Shown here one piece after another: positions 19,380-28,931 of a stretch of DNA of 64,000 nt. Under the pieces are notes generated by a model. It ran no database searches and was not told the origin of the DNA. It saw only the letters and a program-made list of their open reading frames with translations. The DNA lies in the NCBI GenBank assembly GCA_041661625.1, contig JBAZUB010000001.1:523504-587503 (forward strand), read 5' to 3'. Each line of letters opens with the position of its first letter. The stretch's first letter is position 1. The position numbers and the translations under genes are program-made. The stretch comes from Patescibacteria group bacterium (GTDB lineage: Bacteria; Patescibacteriota; Patescibacteriia; JAHIZJ01).

Positions 19380-22061
19380 ATGTATCTCGAAAAACTCGAA
19401 ATCCAAGGCTTCAAGTCATTCGCCAACCGAGTATCAATGCAATTCAACCGGGGGATCTGCGCGATTGTCGGCCCTAATGGTTCGGGAAAATCCAACGTGG
19501 CCGACGCGGTGCGCTGGGTGATGGGCGAGCAGAGTTTGAAACTGCTGCGCGGTAAAAAGTCCGAAGACGTGATTTTTTCCGGTTCGGATAAGAAAGCTCG
19601 CTTAGGGCTAGCCGAGGTCTCTTTGCATATCAACAACGAGGACAATACTATGCCGATCGACTACCCACAGGTGGTCATCACTCGCCGGGTGTTCCGATCG
19701 GGTGAAAATGAGTACTTATTGAACAATTCCAAGGTCCGACTGCAGGATATAATTCTATTGCTCGCCAAATCCAACTTCGGCCAGCGCAGTTATTCGGTGA
19801 TCGGCCAGGGTATGATTGAATCCGTGCTGACTTCATCACCCCAGGAACGGAAAGAGTTTTTTGATGAAGCCGCCGGCGTGCGCCAATTCCAGATCAAGAA
19901 AGAACAGGCGCAACAGAAACTGGAGCACACTCGAGAGAATCTGCGCCAAGGCGAAATGCTGATGCAGGAAATCGAACCGCGGCTGCGTTCACTCACCCGC
20001 CAGGTCAAACGCCTGGAGCGGCGCGAGACGATCGAACAAGACTTACGCTTGGTACAGAAGGAATACTTCGCCGGGCTGTGGCGGGACATATCCGGCCAGT
20101 TGAGCGAGTTGGATGGTCAGCAGTCAGCCACCAACCAAAGACTGCGGTCGGCTACTAGCGAGCTGCGCGCTGTTCAAACCCAGCTGGAAAAGATCGAGAG
20201 CGAGAGTTCCCGCGAGGATGCTTTCCGCCAATTGCAAAAAGAATACAACCGCTTACTCGACCAAAAAAACACCCTGCTGCAAGACCAAGCCGTACTCAAG
20301 GGCCGCCTGGAAGTCGAAGCCCATCAAGCCGGTGAGACAAATCGGGTCTGGCTGTCAAAACAGGCCGAACAGATCGACCGCCGGATCAAAGAAGTATGTG
20401 ATGATCTAGCACCGATCAATGACCAGCTTAGCGCCGCTCAAACCGCCCTGGAAACCAAGCGAAGCGAACAGGCCGTGGTGGTGACAAAGTTCGAAGAATT
20501 AGAACGCGGTTTGCTGTTGGCTAAGGAGCGCATGGAAACCAGCAAGCCTATTTCGGTAAAAGAGATCCACGACCATCTCAAGGATATCGAGACACGTCAA
20601 GCAAAATTCATAGAGGCGCTCAATGCCGCCCAGACGGTGGAGGATATCGGACGTATCAAAAAGCACGCCCAGGAAATATTCCGCAGTCTGAGCCAGTATT
20701 TAACCGAGTTGAGCCGGTCAGCGCCCGCTTCCGGTACCGATGAAGTAATACGCTTACAACACGAGCTGACCAACTTCTTGAAGAGCCGCGATAGCCTGGT
20801 CAATGAGATCAATGACTGGATCGTCAAAGTACGTATGCTGGAAGACAAGAAAGCCTTATTGATCGAACATCAGAATGAACTGGAACAGGAATTAAATCGT
20901 TTACGACGCGAACTGGAATTGTCCGAAAGCAGTTCCAAACAACCGGCTGAATCGCGCGCCGCTGCCGCCAAAGAGAACCAGAGCCTAAATCAGAGCATCG
21001 AAACCCTAGATCGTGATTTGAAATCGTCTAGAATCAAGATCGAGCAATTCAACCAGGTCGAGCAGCAGAAAAAAGAAGAGCTGTTTGCCCTGCAGAAACA
21101 GTTCCGTGACCGGCAGAATACTCTCAACGCGGTGACCCAGGAATCAAACGAACTGCGGGTCAAACAAGCCCGCCTGGAAACCCGCCGCGACGACCTCGAT
21201 CGGGAAATGCGCGCCGACTTGCCCGAAACATTGTTAATCGAAATACAAAAAGACTTTATAAATATTATCAGCGAATCGCCCGCTTCCGTATTGCTAGAAC
21301 GAATCACCAGCATCAAGCATCAGATCGAGCTGATCGGCGGCATCGACGAGAACGTCAGCTCGGAATATGAGCAGACCAACGAGCGCTTTGAGTTCCTATC
21401 CAAACAGGCCGAGGATCTGCACCAAGCCATTGAGTCATTGGACAAAGGCATCGCCGAGCTGGACGAACAAATCAAGGATCAGTTCGACGAATCGTTTCAA
21501 AAGATCAATACCGAGTTCACCCGGTACTTCAAGATGCTGTTCAAGGGCGGTTCGGCTAAATTAATTTTGAACAGAGAAGAGCTTTTTGAAGACGCCGATG
21601 AGGACGACGAAGATGATGAATTCGATGGCGAAGAAGACGCCACAGAAGAAGCGCCGAAACAACCGAAGAAGCATTCGATTGGCAAAGTCGTCACCGGCAT
21701 TGAAATCCAAGCCATTCCGCCGGGTAAACGGGTCAGCAGCATCAATGTGCTGTCCGGCGGTGAGAAGTCGCTCACTTCCATCGCGCTGATTTGCGCGATC
21801 ATTGCTAATAATCCATCGCCTTTCGTGATCCTGGACGAAGTGGACGCCGCCTTGGACGAATCGAATTCGATTAAGTTCTCGAACATCCTAACCGAGCTGG
21901 CTCACAAGACGCAGTTCATTACCATCACCCACAATCGCGCCACCATGCAACAGGCTTCAATTCTCTACGGCGTTACCATGGGTGCGGACAGCGTGTCGAA
22001 ACTCTTGTCGGTGAAAATGGAAGAGGCCGAAGCGGTCATCAACCAACACGGGAATCGGTAA
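19380..22061 (+). CDS. smc: chromosome segregation protein SMC (short form, 893 aa)
   Basis: Walker A GPNGSGKSN, long coiled coils, hinge, C-terminal signature LSGGEKSLTSIAL and Walker B ILDEVDAALD. Confidence 0.9.
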   Translation: MYLEKLEIQGFKSFANRVSMQFNRGICAIVGPNGSGKSNVADAVRWVMGEQSLKLLRGKKSEDVIFSGSDKKARLGLAEVSLHINNEDNTMPIDYPQVVITRRVFRSGENEYLLNNSKVRLQDIILLLAKSNFGQRSYSVIGQGMIESVLTSSPQERKEFFDEAAGVRQFQIKKEQAQQKLEHTRENLRQGEMLMQEIEPRLRSLTRQVKRLERRETIEQDLRLVQKEYFAGLWRDISGQLSELDGQQSATNQRLRSATSELRAVQTQLEKIESESSREDAFRQLQKEYNRLLDQKNTLLQDQAVLKGRLEVEAHQAGETNRVWLSKQAEQIDRRIKEVCDDLAPINDQLSAAQTALETKRSEQAVVVTKFEELERGLLLAKERMETSKPISVKEIHDHLKDIETRQAKFIEALNAAQTVEDIGRIKKHAQEIFRSLSQYLTELSRSAPASGTDEVIRLQHELTNFLKSRDSLVNEINDWIVKVRMLEDKKALLIEHQNELEQELNRLRRELELSESSSKQPAESRAAAAKENQSLNQSIETLDRDLKSSRIKIEQFNQVEQQKKEELFALQKQFRDRQNTLNAVTQESNELRVKQARLETRRDDLDREMRADLPETLLIEIQKDFINIISESPASVLLERITSIKHQIELIGGIDENVSSEYEQTNERFEFLSKQAEDLHQAIESLDKGIAELDEQIKDQFDESFQKINTEFTRYFKMLFKGGSAKLILNREELFEDADEDDEDDEFDGEEDATEEAPKQPKKHSIGKVVTGIEIQAIPPGKRVSSINVLSGGEKSLTSIALICAIIANNPSPFVILDEVDAALDESNSIKFSNILTELAHKTQFITITHNRATMQQASILYGVTMGADSVSKLLSVKMEEAEAVINQHGNR

Positions 22062-22094
22062 ACTGGTTTCAACCGCCCCCAATTAATTCCGTCA

Positions 22095-22190
22095 TTGCGA
22101 CCCCGCTCAGCGGGGGAAGCAATCCCCATGAAGGTTCACCAAACAATGGGATTGCCGCGCTCGCTGACTCGCTCGCAATGACTGGAATGG
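22095..22190. repeat. complex palindromic intergenic element
   Basis: Outer 11-bp inverted repeat cgtcattgcga/tcgcaatgacg encloses a ccccgctcagcgggg hairpin and a gcaatccc/gggattgc stem. Confidence 0.4.
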
Positions 22191-22273
22191 AAGTGGTTGT
22201 CATGATATAAATAGAGCAAGGCGCGCCCCACCTGGAAACGCGCTTTTTCGTTCTTTACTTTTATCGTAGCGTG

Positions 22274-22642
22274 CTACTGGGTTGGGGCGGCTATCTTTTT
22301 TGGTTTTGACGTCCAAGCGCCCACTATAGTAATAACCGCGATAATCATCTGCTGAACTAATATCGTCACGGCCGTGTTTGTAGACGTAAATTCATCGACC
22401 CGGGCAACCAGATAGAATATGCCCATGATAATCGAAAGGCCAATCACGTAACGGCGCCCTAGCAGTGCAGAAATGAAAAGTATTATCGATAAGATGGTGC
22501 CTAGAATGGTAATTATGTGCTGCCCGAGCGATAACCCCTTGTCTCCGGCGGTTGTGTACACTGTGATCATCCCCCAGACATTAATCGCAGCCAAAATTAG
22601 CAGCAGCGCGATTCCAATCCAACGACGTAGTTTGTGCGACAT
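22274..22642 (-). CDS. small integral membrane protein (3-4 TM)
   Basis: Hydrophobic 122 aa starting MSHKLRRWIGIALLLILAAINVW. Confidence 0.4.
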   Translation of the reverse strand: MSHKLRRWIGIALLLILAAINVWGMITVYTTAGDKGLSLGQHIITILGTILSIILFISALLGRRYVIGLSIIMGIFYLVARVDEFTSTNTAVTILVQQMIIAVITIVGAWTSKPKKIAAPTQ

Positions 22643-22724
22643 GGATGTTTGCCTTTTATTCAAGGTTAATATATAAACTGTACACTCGATTTTGGACCAA
22701 ATCAATAAATCAACATGCCTAATG

Positions 22725-22753
22725 TTGACAAAAACAGCCTGTTTCTGTAATAT
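22725..22753 (+). promoter_or_regulatory. sigma70-type promoter upstream of rpsP
   Basis: TTGACA -17 nt- TAATAT; ~120-nt leader to the rpsP ATG. Confidence 0.5.
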
Positions 22754-22876
22754 CACCATACCATCAATCGGGTTACGAAGGGCAAGTTATAAGTTACGCG
22801 TGTAACGAAAGGCTTGAAACTCTAAGTCACCAAAGTTCCGAACTTAAATCTTGTCATCATAACCTACGACTATTCT

Positions 22877-23347
22877 ATGTTAGCAATTAGACTCTCACCA
22901 ACCGGCAAGAAAGGGCAGAAATTCTTCCGCGTCATCGTCTCCGAAAAAACCAAGGATGTTTTCGGCGACTACATTGAACTGCTCGGCAACTACAATCCGC
23001 ACCCGAATCCGGCTCAGGCGACACTCAAAGCCGAACGGATAAAATATTGGCTGTCTCAAGGAGCTCAAGCCTCGCCCACCGTGCACAATCTTTTGGTAGA
23101 TCAAAAAATAATTGACGAACCGAAAGTGACCAGCTGGAAGCCCAAGAAGAAAGAGGTCAGCCCCGAAGAGGCCACCAAGGCAGCCACCGCTTCCGAGCCA
23201 GCCAAAGCTGAATCGATCGTAGAAGCCACATCAGCACCGGCCGAGCCAGCCCCTGAAGTGACTCCCACGCCTGAACCGATTAAACCCGCGCCAGCCGCCG
23301 AAACTGCGCCGACGCCAGCGCCAGCTGAGCCGAAACCAGCGGAATAG
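22877..23347 (+). CDS. rpsP: 30S ribosomal protein S16 with Ala/Pro/Glu-rich C-terminal extension
   Basis: AIRLSPTGKKGQKFFRVIVSEK...ELLGNYNPHP...KAERIKYWLSQGAQAS matches S16; low-complexity PAPE tail. Confidence 0.85.
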   Translation: MLAIRLSPTGKKGQKFFRVIVSEKTKDVFGDYIELLGNYNPHPNPAQATLKAERIKYWLSQGAQASPTVHNLLVDQKIIDEPKVTSWKPKKKEVSPEEATKAATASEPAKAESIVEATSAPAEPAPEVTPTPEPIKPAPAAETAPTPAPAEPKPAE

Positions 23348-23411
23348 TTCCATCCAAATTTATCATCGATACATCCAGCTCCTACGGGGGCTGGGTTTCG
23401 TTTATCGGGGG

Positions 23412-23440
23412 TTGACAACTATACCCCACACACATATACT
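23412..23440 (+). promoter_or_regulatory. strong sigma70-type promoter driving the RT leader and gene
   Basis: TTGACA -17 nt- TATACT, a near-consensus match. Confidence 0.55.
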
Positions 23441-23446
23441 GGTGCT

Positions 23447-23689
23447 GCCCTACAATACTAACCTTTGGCCCTATTGATGGGTCCTCGGCCCGGGGAGATG
23501 CGACAGGCACTGGTTATGAAGAGGGCTGGCGTACCTTGCAGATGCGCTCCGAGGGGAGCGTTTTCGTACGAGGCGAATCGCAACGCTTCGCGTTTGACCT
23601 GAAGCCTAGGGAGACAGTCGCAGAGGAGCAATCCTTCCCAACGTCTCCCTTCATATTTCTTGATCCTTTCATCATAAGGAGTGTACCCG
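23447..23689 (+). ncRNA. candidate structured non-coding leader / template RNA associated with the reverse transcriptase
   Basis: ~240 nt between the predicted TSS and the RT ATG with no ORF and multiple stable hairpins (agggagac...gtctccct 8 bp; gcgaa-tcgcaacgc-ttcgc; GC-rich stems around cggcccgggg). Ends with SD aaggag. Confidence 0.35.
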
Positions 23690-24793
23690 ATGCTCCGTAG
23701 CAGCCAGAGGTACTATTCGTTCGTCAACCCGCGCCAGTTTGCGCTCCCCTCTGACCCGCGTGTTGTGATGCGGGTGTCGGGCTGTGCAGCACTCCTCAAG
23801 GAGGTGCGGATCGGCCAGGCATTTCTTGCATCGATCCTGACAAATCCTGATCTTCACTGGCATCGCCGCATCGTTACAGGTGGGCGCAGTTCGCGCAAGG
23901 GAAAACAGCGCATTTGTTTCGTGGCAAGCGGCGAGCTCCGGTGGTACCAGAACAGACTGTGGAACCTCATGCGCTATATCCTTTCCGTCCGGAACGGACA
24001 TCTGCTCATCGCGCAAGAGCCGTGCCACTTGTATCGGAACATCAGAACGACCCAGTCGAGTGAGGGAACCGATTTCCCGGCAACAGCATACAACACCGGG
24101 TGCAATGTCATTCGCAACGCCCGATGGCACCGCCACAATCAGTCAAGCTGGTGTCTTGACATCTCGGGTGCATTCGCATCCATCCGCATGAAGCACTTGT
24201 ACCGCTTTCTGCTCCGCAAGCAGTTCCCGCCCGATCTAGCATGGATTATCTGCCGGATGTTCACCTATAACGGCGGACTTCCGCAGGGTGGCCCGTACTC
24301 ACCCTTCATCTACAACCTGCTCATGCAGCGGTTTGATGAAACTGTTGCGGCTGCGATCGGCGCTCCGACGAAAACTGTGACATTCCATCGAGCCAAACTG
24401 GAGGGATTTCCATACAGCGGTCCGATATATACGCGATACGGTGACGACCTCTGCTTCTCCCACCCGGATGAAGAATTCCCTGATGCGCTCAAGGGAACCA
24501 TCGACCGAGTGATAAGAGAACACCACCTGATTCTCAACGCGACAAAAACGCGCGAGGGTAGACATGGGATCATGGAACTTCCTGGCGTGGTGATTGTACA
24601 CGGACGCGTACGGCCACCTTCGGCTTATGTCACCCGTGTATGTACGGCTGCCGACCAAGGAAACCTCACCTCCATTCAGCGCTGCGGACACCGCGGCTAC
24701 CTCCTCACGTTCGGGCGGGCGGGCAGACTCCGATGCCTACGGCAACGGATTAACCTGCGATCCAAGCCGCGCTACGATCAACTTCCGTTCTAA
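23690..24793 (+). CDS. reverse transcriptase (RT domain only; retron/DRT-like, not DGR, no maturase/endonuclease)
   Basis: RT motifs in order: RICFVASGELRWYQNRLWNLMRYIL (motif 1/2-like), NARWH...WCLDISGAFASI (motif 3, catalytic D), LPQGGPYSPFIYNLL (motif 4, QGxxxSP), YTRYGDDLCFS (motif 5, YxDD), LILNATKTREG (motif 6). SD aaggag 8 nt upstream. Own terminator downstream. Confidence 0.8.
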   Translation: MLRSSQRYYSFVNPRQFALPSDPRVVMRVSGCAALLKEVRIGQAFLASILTNPDLHWHRRIVTGGRSSRKGKQRICFVASGELRWYQNRLWNLMRYILSVRNGHLLIAQEPCHLYRNIRTTQSSEGTDFPATAYNTGCNVIRNARWHRHNQSSWCLDISGAFASIRMKHLYRFLLRKQFPPDLAWIICRMFTYNGGLPQGGPYSPFIYNLLMQRFDETVAAAIGAPTKTVTFHRAKLEGFPYSGPIYTRYGDDLCFSHPDEEFPDALKGTIDRVIREHHLILNATKTREGRHGIMELPGVVIVHGRVRPPSAYVTRVCTAADQGNLTSIQRCGHRGYLLTFGRAGRLRCLRQRINLRSKPRYDQLPF

Positions 24794-24806
24794 TCACGCT
24801 TTCAGC

Positions 24807-24832
24807 AACCGGCCGACACAGACCGGTTTTTC
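24807..24832 (+). terminator. rho-independent terminator of the RT gene
   Basis: aaccgg-ccgacacaga-ccggtt followed by ttttt. Confidence 0.55.
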
Positions 24833-25004
24833 TATTGATAACCCAGCCATTTGTGACTAGTTGATTTGGGTGGATTTGACACTACGCCAGAACATTTTAT
24901 AATGAAGCTACTGATGCCAGGCTGTCGTGCCTCTCTCTCCGAGGTTAACACGTCGAAACAGCATCTCCGGCTATCAGCTCGTAACAATTAACCGCAACGA
25001 TGTA

Positions 25005-25343
25005 ATGGCTAAAGAACAAGATCAAGAGTTTGTCGAGTATTGCGTGAAGGGCCTCGTCGACCGTCCGGAAGACGTCACGACCGATCGCATGGTTGATGAA
25101 ATGGGAGTGTTGATCACTCTCAAAGTCAATCCAGAAGATTTGGGCCAGGTGATCGGCCGCCAAGGCCAGACCGCCAAAGCGCTTCGCACGCTGCTCCGGG
25201 TCGTCGGTGCCAAGCACCACGCCCGAGTGAACCTCAAGATCTATGAACCTGAAGGTCACCGTAAGAGCAAGATGATGGAAGAGGCGCCGCAGGAGACGCA
25301 ACCAACCGCGGTTGACGCCGATATGGACGATCTGAAACTATAA
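25005..25343 (+). CDS. KH-domain RNA-binding protein (YlqC/UPF0109-like)
   Basis: LGQVIGRQGQTAKALRTLLRVVG is the KH GxxG core; position between rpsP and trmD is typical. Confidence 0.6.
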   Translation: MAKEQDQEFVEYCVKGLVDRPEDVTTDRMVDEMGVLITLKVNPEDLGQVIGRQGQTAKALRTLLRVVGAKHHARVNLKIYEPEGHRKSKMMEEAPQETQPTAVDADMDDLKL

Positions 25344-25408
25344 CTAGCAGAGGTCAGAAATCGGAAGTTAGAAATCAGAAACCATGTTCCTGATAACGAG
25401 AGGACAAC

Positions 25409-25440
25409 AGCCGCTGGCTTAACTGGCGGTTTTTGTTTTT
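25409..25440 (+). terminator. rho-independent terminator
   Basis: ccgctgg-cttaa-ctggcgg followed by tttttgttttttt. Confidence 0.5.
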
Positions 25441-25486
25441 TTATCGTGAGGACAATTTGCTTGTTTTATGGTACAATTCGGCCAGC

Positions 25487-25597
25487 GATTTGTTGAGAAA
25501 TGTAAAATTGTACAATTCAAAATTCAAAACATGTGATTCCCCGCTGGGCGGGGTTACATTCATTTTGCATTTTGCATTTTACATTTTGAATTGCTTC
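25487..25597. repeat. inverted-repeat / microsatellite element (cattttg units) with central CCCCGCNNNGCGGGG hairpin
   Basis: aattcaaaattcaaaacatg ... ccccgctgggcgggg ... cattttgcattttgcattttacattttgaatt; the two arms are reverse complements. Confidence 0.45.
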
Positions 25598-25598
25598 C

Positions 25599-26270
25599 AT
25601 GCGCTTCGACATCCTGACCACGTTTCCCGATATTTTTGTATCATATTTCAACACCAGCATAATCAACCGCGCCCGGAAGAGCGGCCGAATTAATATAGTC
25701 ATACACGACCTGCGGGATTATACGACCGACAGACACCGCACCACCGACGACCGTCCCTATGGCGGCGGGCCCGGCATGGTGATGAAAGTAGAACCGGTTT
25801 TCAAGGCTTTGAAAAAACTGCGCGCCGTGGCACCGCACAAACTTAAGGATACGAAAGTTATTCTGCTCACACCTCAGGGACGGACTTTTAATCAGCCTAT
25901 CGCCCGCCAATACTCCGAACTCAAACGATTGATCTTTATCTGCGGTCATTATGAGGGTTTCGACGAACGCATTCGCTCACTGGTGGATGAACAGCTGTCG
26001 ATCGGCGACTACGTGCTGACCGGAGGCGAGCTAGGCGCCATGGTCGTAGTGGACGCCGTCAGCCGCTTGCTACCTGGCGTGCTGGGTGATGAAACCTCCA
26101 GCCATGACGAGTCTTTTTCTCAAGATTTAAAGACCCTGGAATACCCCCACTACACCCGCCCGGAAGTATTCCGCCGCCAACGGGTACCGAAGATTTTATT
26201 GTCAGGTGACCATTCAGCCATTGCCAACTGGCGCAAAGCAAATCAGCGTATAAAAAAGCCACGGCCATGA
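25599..26270 (+). CDS. trmD: tRNA (guanine37-N1)-methyltransferase
   Basis: MRFDILTTFPDIF...GGGPGMVMK...SIGDYVLTGGEL is the SPOUT/TrmD signature. Confidence 0.9.
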   Translation: MRFDILTTFPDIFVSYFNTSIINRARKSGRINIVIHDLRDYTTDRHRTTDDRPYGGGPGMVMKVEPVFKALKKLRAVAPHKLKDTKVILLTPQGRTFNQPIARQYSELKRLIFICGHYEGFDERIRSLVDEQLSIGDYVLTGGELGAMVVVDAVSRLLPGVLGDETSSHDESFSQDLKTLEYPHYTRPEVFRRQRVPKILLSGDHSAIANWRKANQRIKKPRP

Positions 26271-26863
26271 AGACCGAAATCGAAGCTAAATTCTTAGACA
26301 TTGATCCGGGCGCGATACGAAATACATTGAAGCAAATTGGAGCACGCTGCGTTTACTCTGAACAATTACAAAAGAGAAAGATTTTCGATTCCCCCGATCA
26401 TCACATGGAGCGGGTTGGCGGCTGTGTTTGGGTTCGTGAAGAAAATGGCAAAATCACATTGGCCTATAAGCAACTTAATAACCGTACACTACAAGGCACA
26501 AAAGAAGTTTCGGTACGGGTAGATGATTTTGATCGTGCTTGTGAATTTCTGCTGGATATTGGATTGGTTCTAAGATCCTACCAGGAAACCCGCCGCGAGC
26601 AGTGGTTATACCAATCGGTTGAGATTACCATTGACACCTGGCCCTGGATACCCACTTTTTTGGAAATCGAGGCACCTACCGAAGTAGAAGTTCGCAAAAC
26701 TGCCGCAGCTTTAGGTTTGGAGTGGGAACGAGCCTTGTTTGGCAGTGTCGAAATCGCGTACCAGCAAAATTATGATGTTACGGAGCAAGAAGTTGATTCT
26801 TGGCCAAGTGCCACTTTCACCGATATTCCTCAGGATTTGCTCAAAAAGCGAAAAAGAAAATAA
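26267..26863 (+). CDS. CYTH-domain protein (class IV adenylate cyclase / triphosphatase fold)
   Basis: N-terminal EIEAKF motif (EXEXK) and acidic strand pattern of CYTH; 4-nt overlap with trmD. Confidence 0.55.
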   Translation: MKTEIEAKFLDIDPGAIRNTLKQIGARCVYSEQLQKRKIFDSPDHHMERVGGCVWVREENGKITLAYKQLNNRTLQGTKEVSVRVDDFDRACEFLLDIGLVLRSYQETRREQWLYQSVEITIDTWPWIPTFLEIEAPTEVEVRKTAAALGLEWERALFGSVEIAYQQNYDVTEQEVDSWPSATFTDIPQDLLKKRKRK

Positions 26864-26866
26864 CTC

Positions 26867-28195
26867 ATGGATGTTCAATCCGAAAACTTGTCCGCATCAC
26901 CCGCCACCCGCACCCATCGTTACGTGAGCATTTTGAGATATCGAAACTTCCTCAAGCTCTGGGGCGCCCAGGCCAGTTCTAAGCTGGCCGAGAATGTACT
27001 AAACTTCAGCCTTGTGATACTGATCTACCAGCTGACCCATTCCAGTTTTATGGTCAGTCTGTTGTTGGTGCTGATTGGCGTACCGCCCATCCTACTATCC
27101 GCGGCAGCGGGCGTGGTTGCCGACACCCATAATCGCAAAACAATCATGTTTTTATCAAACCTGACTCGTTTTTTTCTGGTTGTCATGGCGATCATATTTC
27201 ATGAACAAGCCTGGGTACTGTTGGGAGTCGCCTTTATCCTGTCGGTGCTGGCTCAATTTTTCAGTCCGGCCGAAGTTTCCTCGATTCCCACGCTGGTCGA
27301 CAAGGAGCATTTATTCACGGCTAACAGCATTTACTCATTTACCAGCTATACCACTTTTCTAATCGGCTATACGATTGCCGGCCCGCTGCTTCAGCGCTGG
27401 CACTCCACCAACCTATTTATTTGCGTCATGGTGCTTTACGGCATTGCGTCATTACTGTCGGGCTGGCTGCCTCCCCTTGTTGAGCATCTGCGCGACGCCG
27501 CCCAACGCAGTCTGCGGCTGATTGACTGGGCCGACTTCCGTCATCGCCTGACCGAAGGCATGAGAATAATTCTTACCAACCGGGTCATCCGATTCGTGAT
27601 GATCCAGATGGCTATTGTATTCAGCATCCAGCGCGGCTTCTTATCTATGGCACCGGCCTTCGCTGAAAACTTTTTGAAGTTTAACCTCGACAAGATCAGC
27701 GTTTATTTAATTCTACCCGTCGGCGTCGGCGCGCTTGCGGGCGTCTTGTTAGCCAACACTATCAAGCATCGCGTCGCCAAGAGCCAGATGATCACCGGCG
27801 GCATGATTATCAACGGGCTGGCCCTGCTCTCTTTGGCTTTTTGGACGGCTGGACATTCGGCTCTAACGGCGTTGGGTGTATCAATTTCCCAGGAAGCATT
27901 CGCTCCGATTATTGTATCTATTCTGGCATTTCTATCCGGCTTCGCAGATCCGTTTATTATCGTCTCGGTTCAGACCACCCTCCAGGAACGCACCGAGCCG
28001 GCTGACCGCGGACGGGTCTTCGGCGGATTGTATACCTTTATGAACCTAGCCGGGCTGGCTCCGATTTTGATCATTGGCGCCATTACCAACCTAGTTAATC
28101 TCAACGTTGTCGTCTTGATTCTGGGACTGACTGTTATGACCGCGGCCGTCTGGGGTATCTTCTTCTACCGTCGGTATGGTTTGGGCGCAGAATAG
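26867..28195 (+). CDS. MFS transporter (12 TM)
   Basis: Hydropathy with 12 predicted TM helices, 442 aa, conserved loop 2-3 region. Confidence 0.75.
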   Translation: MDVQSENLSASPATRTHRYVSILRYRNFLKLWGAQASSKLAENVLNFSLVILIYQLTHSSFMVSLLLVLIGVPPILLSAAAGVVADTHNRKTIMFLSNLTRFFLVVMAIIFHEQAWVLLGVAFILSVLAQFFSPAEVSSIPTLVDKEHLFTANSIYSFTSYTTFLIGYTIAGPLLQRWHSTNLFICVMVLYGIASLLSGWLPPLVEHLRDAAQRSLRLIDWADFRHRLTEGMRIILTNRVIRFVMIQMAIVFSIQRGFLSMAPAFAENFLKFNLDKISVYLILPVGVGALAGVLLANTIKHRVAKSQMITGGMIINGLALLSLAFWTAGHSALTALGVSISQEAFAPIIVSILAFLSGFADPFIIVSVQTTLQERTEPADRGRVFGGLYTFMNLAGLAPILIIGAITNLVNLNVVVLILGLTVMTAAVWGIFFYRRYGLGAE

Positions 28196-28228
28196 CCATT
28201 TACTGCCATTTTCCGTAGATTCCATCTT

Positions 28229-28259
28229 GACCCCCCCCTATTGGTAATGTGTATAATGA
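28229..28259 (+). promoter_or_regulatory. sigma70-type promoter with extended -10
   Basis: TTGACC -18 nt- TGtgTATAAT; followed by a ~190-nt leader. Confidence 0.45.
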
Positions 28260-28451
28260 CGGTCGTGGGCGATTCGTCAGTTCTTGGTGAATTGAATCGT
28301 TCCTTACATCCGCAAAGTTATCTGTAGCCAAACGACTGACGTTGGCATGGAGAACAAATGGGAAGGAGGTAGCAAAAAGACTTTCCATGTTCACTCGCCA
28401 CACTACCAGCCACTGTGCAACACGAAACCTAAAAGGAGACCAAGAGAAGTT

Positions 28452-28829
28452 ATGAAACTGAAGAATCTCTGTGTTCTACTACTCTTCGCGGTGATCGCGA
28501 TCGGAGTCGTCGCGTCCGTTGCTCAGGCTGACACGGCACGAGTCGCCATCAAGGGACCCTCGTATGGCGTCAGTTACACGGTTCAACCTTGGCAGAACGG
28601 GGTGCTAAGGGCTCAAAACACCAACGTGACTCTGGTTAATGGATATCGCAATGTCATTTTCTACAACATTCCTCCCGGGTGTGGTTACATCGGAAATGCC
28701 TGGCTGAACGGCGTAGGAATCGAGTCTCACACTTGGCCATCAAAGTGCGTCAGTGGAACCACCCAACTCGGTTGTCTGCAGTTCAATGGAGCGGGCGAAC
28801 CGGAACCATGGAGCGGCAGCTGTCCGTAA
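28452..28829 (+). CDS. secreted Cys-containing hypothetical protein (125 aa)
   Basis: SD aaggag 7 nt upstream; signal peptide MKLKNLCVLLLFAVIAIGVVASVAQA. Confidence 0.5.
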   Translation: MKLKNLCVLLLFAVIAIGVVASVAQADTARVAIKGPSYGVSYTVQPWQNGVLRAQNTNVTLVNGYRNVIFYNIPPGCGYIGNAWLNGVGIESHTWPSKCVSGTTQLGCLQFNGAGEPEPWSGSCP

Positions 28830-28931
28830 CCACCGACCAGCGCTCTGACGACTAACAAAACTGTCGTCAGAGCGATTTCTTACTATCAACCAAGTCATAT
28901 ACATTTAGTATTAATACCTAAAATACAAGAC

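Noticed and set aside
23350-24926. Group II intron interpretation of the RT locus
   Set aside because: There is no maturase/X or endonuclease extension (the protein is only 367 aa). Downstream of the ORF there is only a terminator hairpin + T-run, not domain V/VI. The 330 nt upstream is too short for domains I-III. The locus also has its own sigma70 promoter, which fits a stand-alone gene better than an intron.
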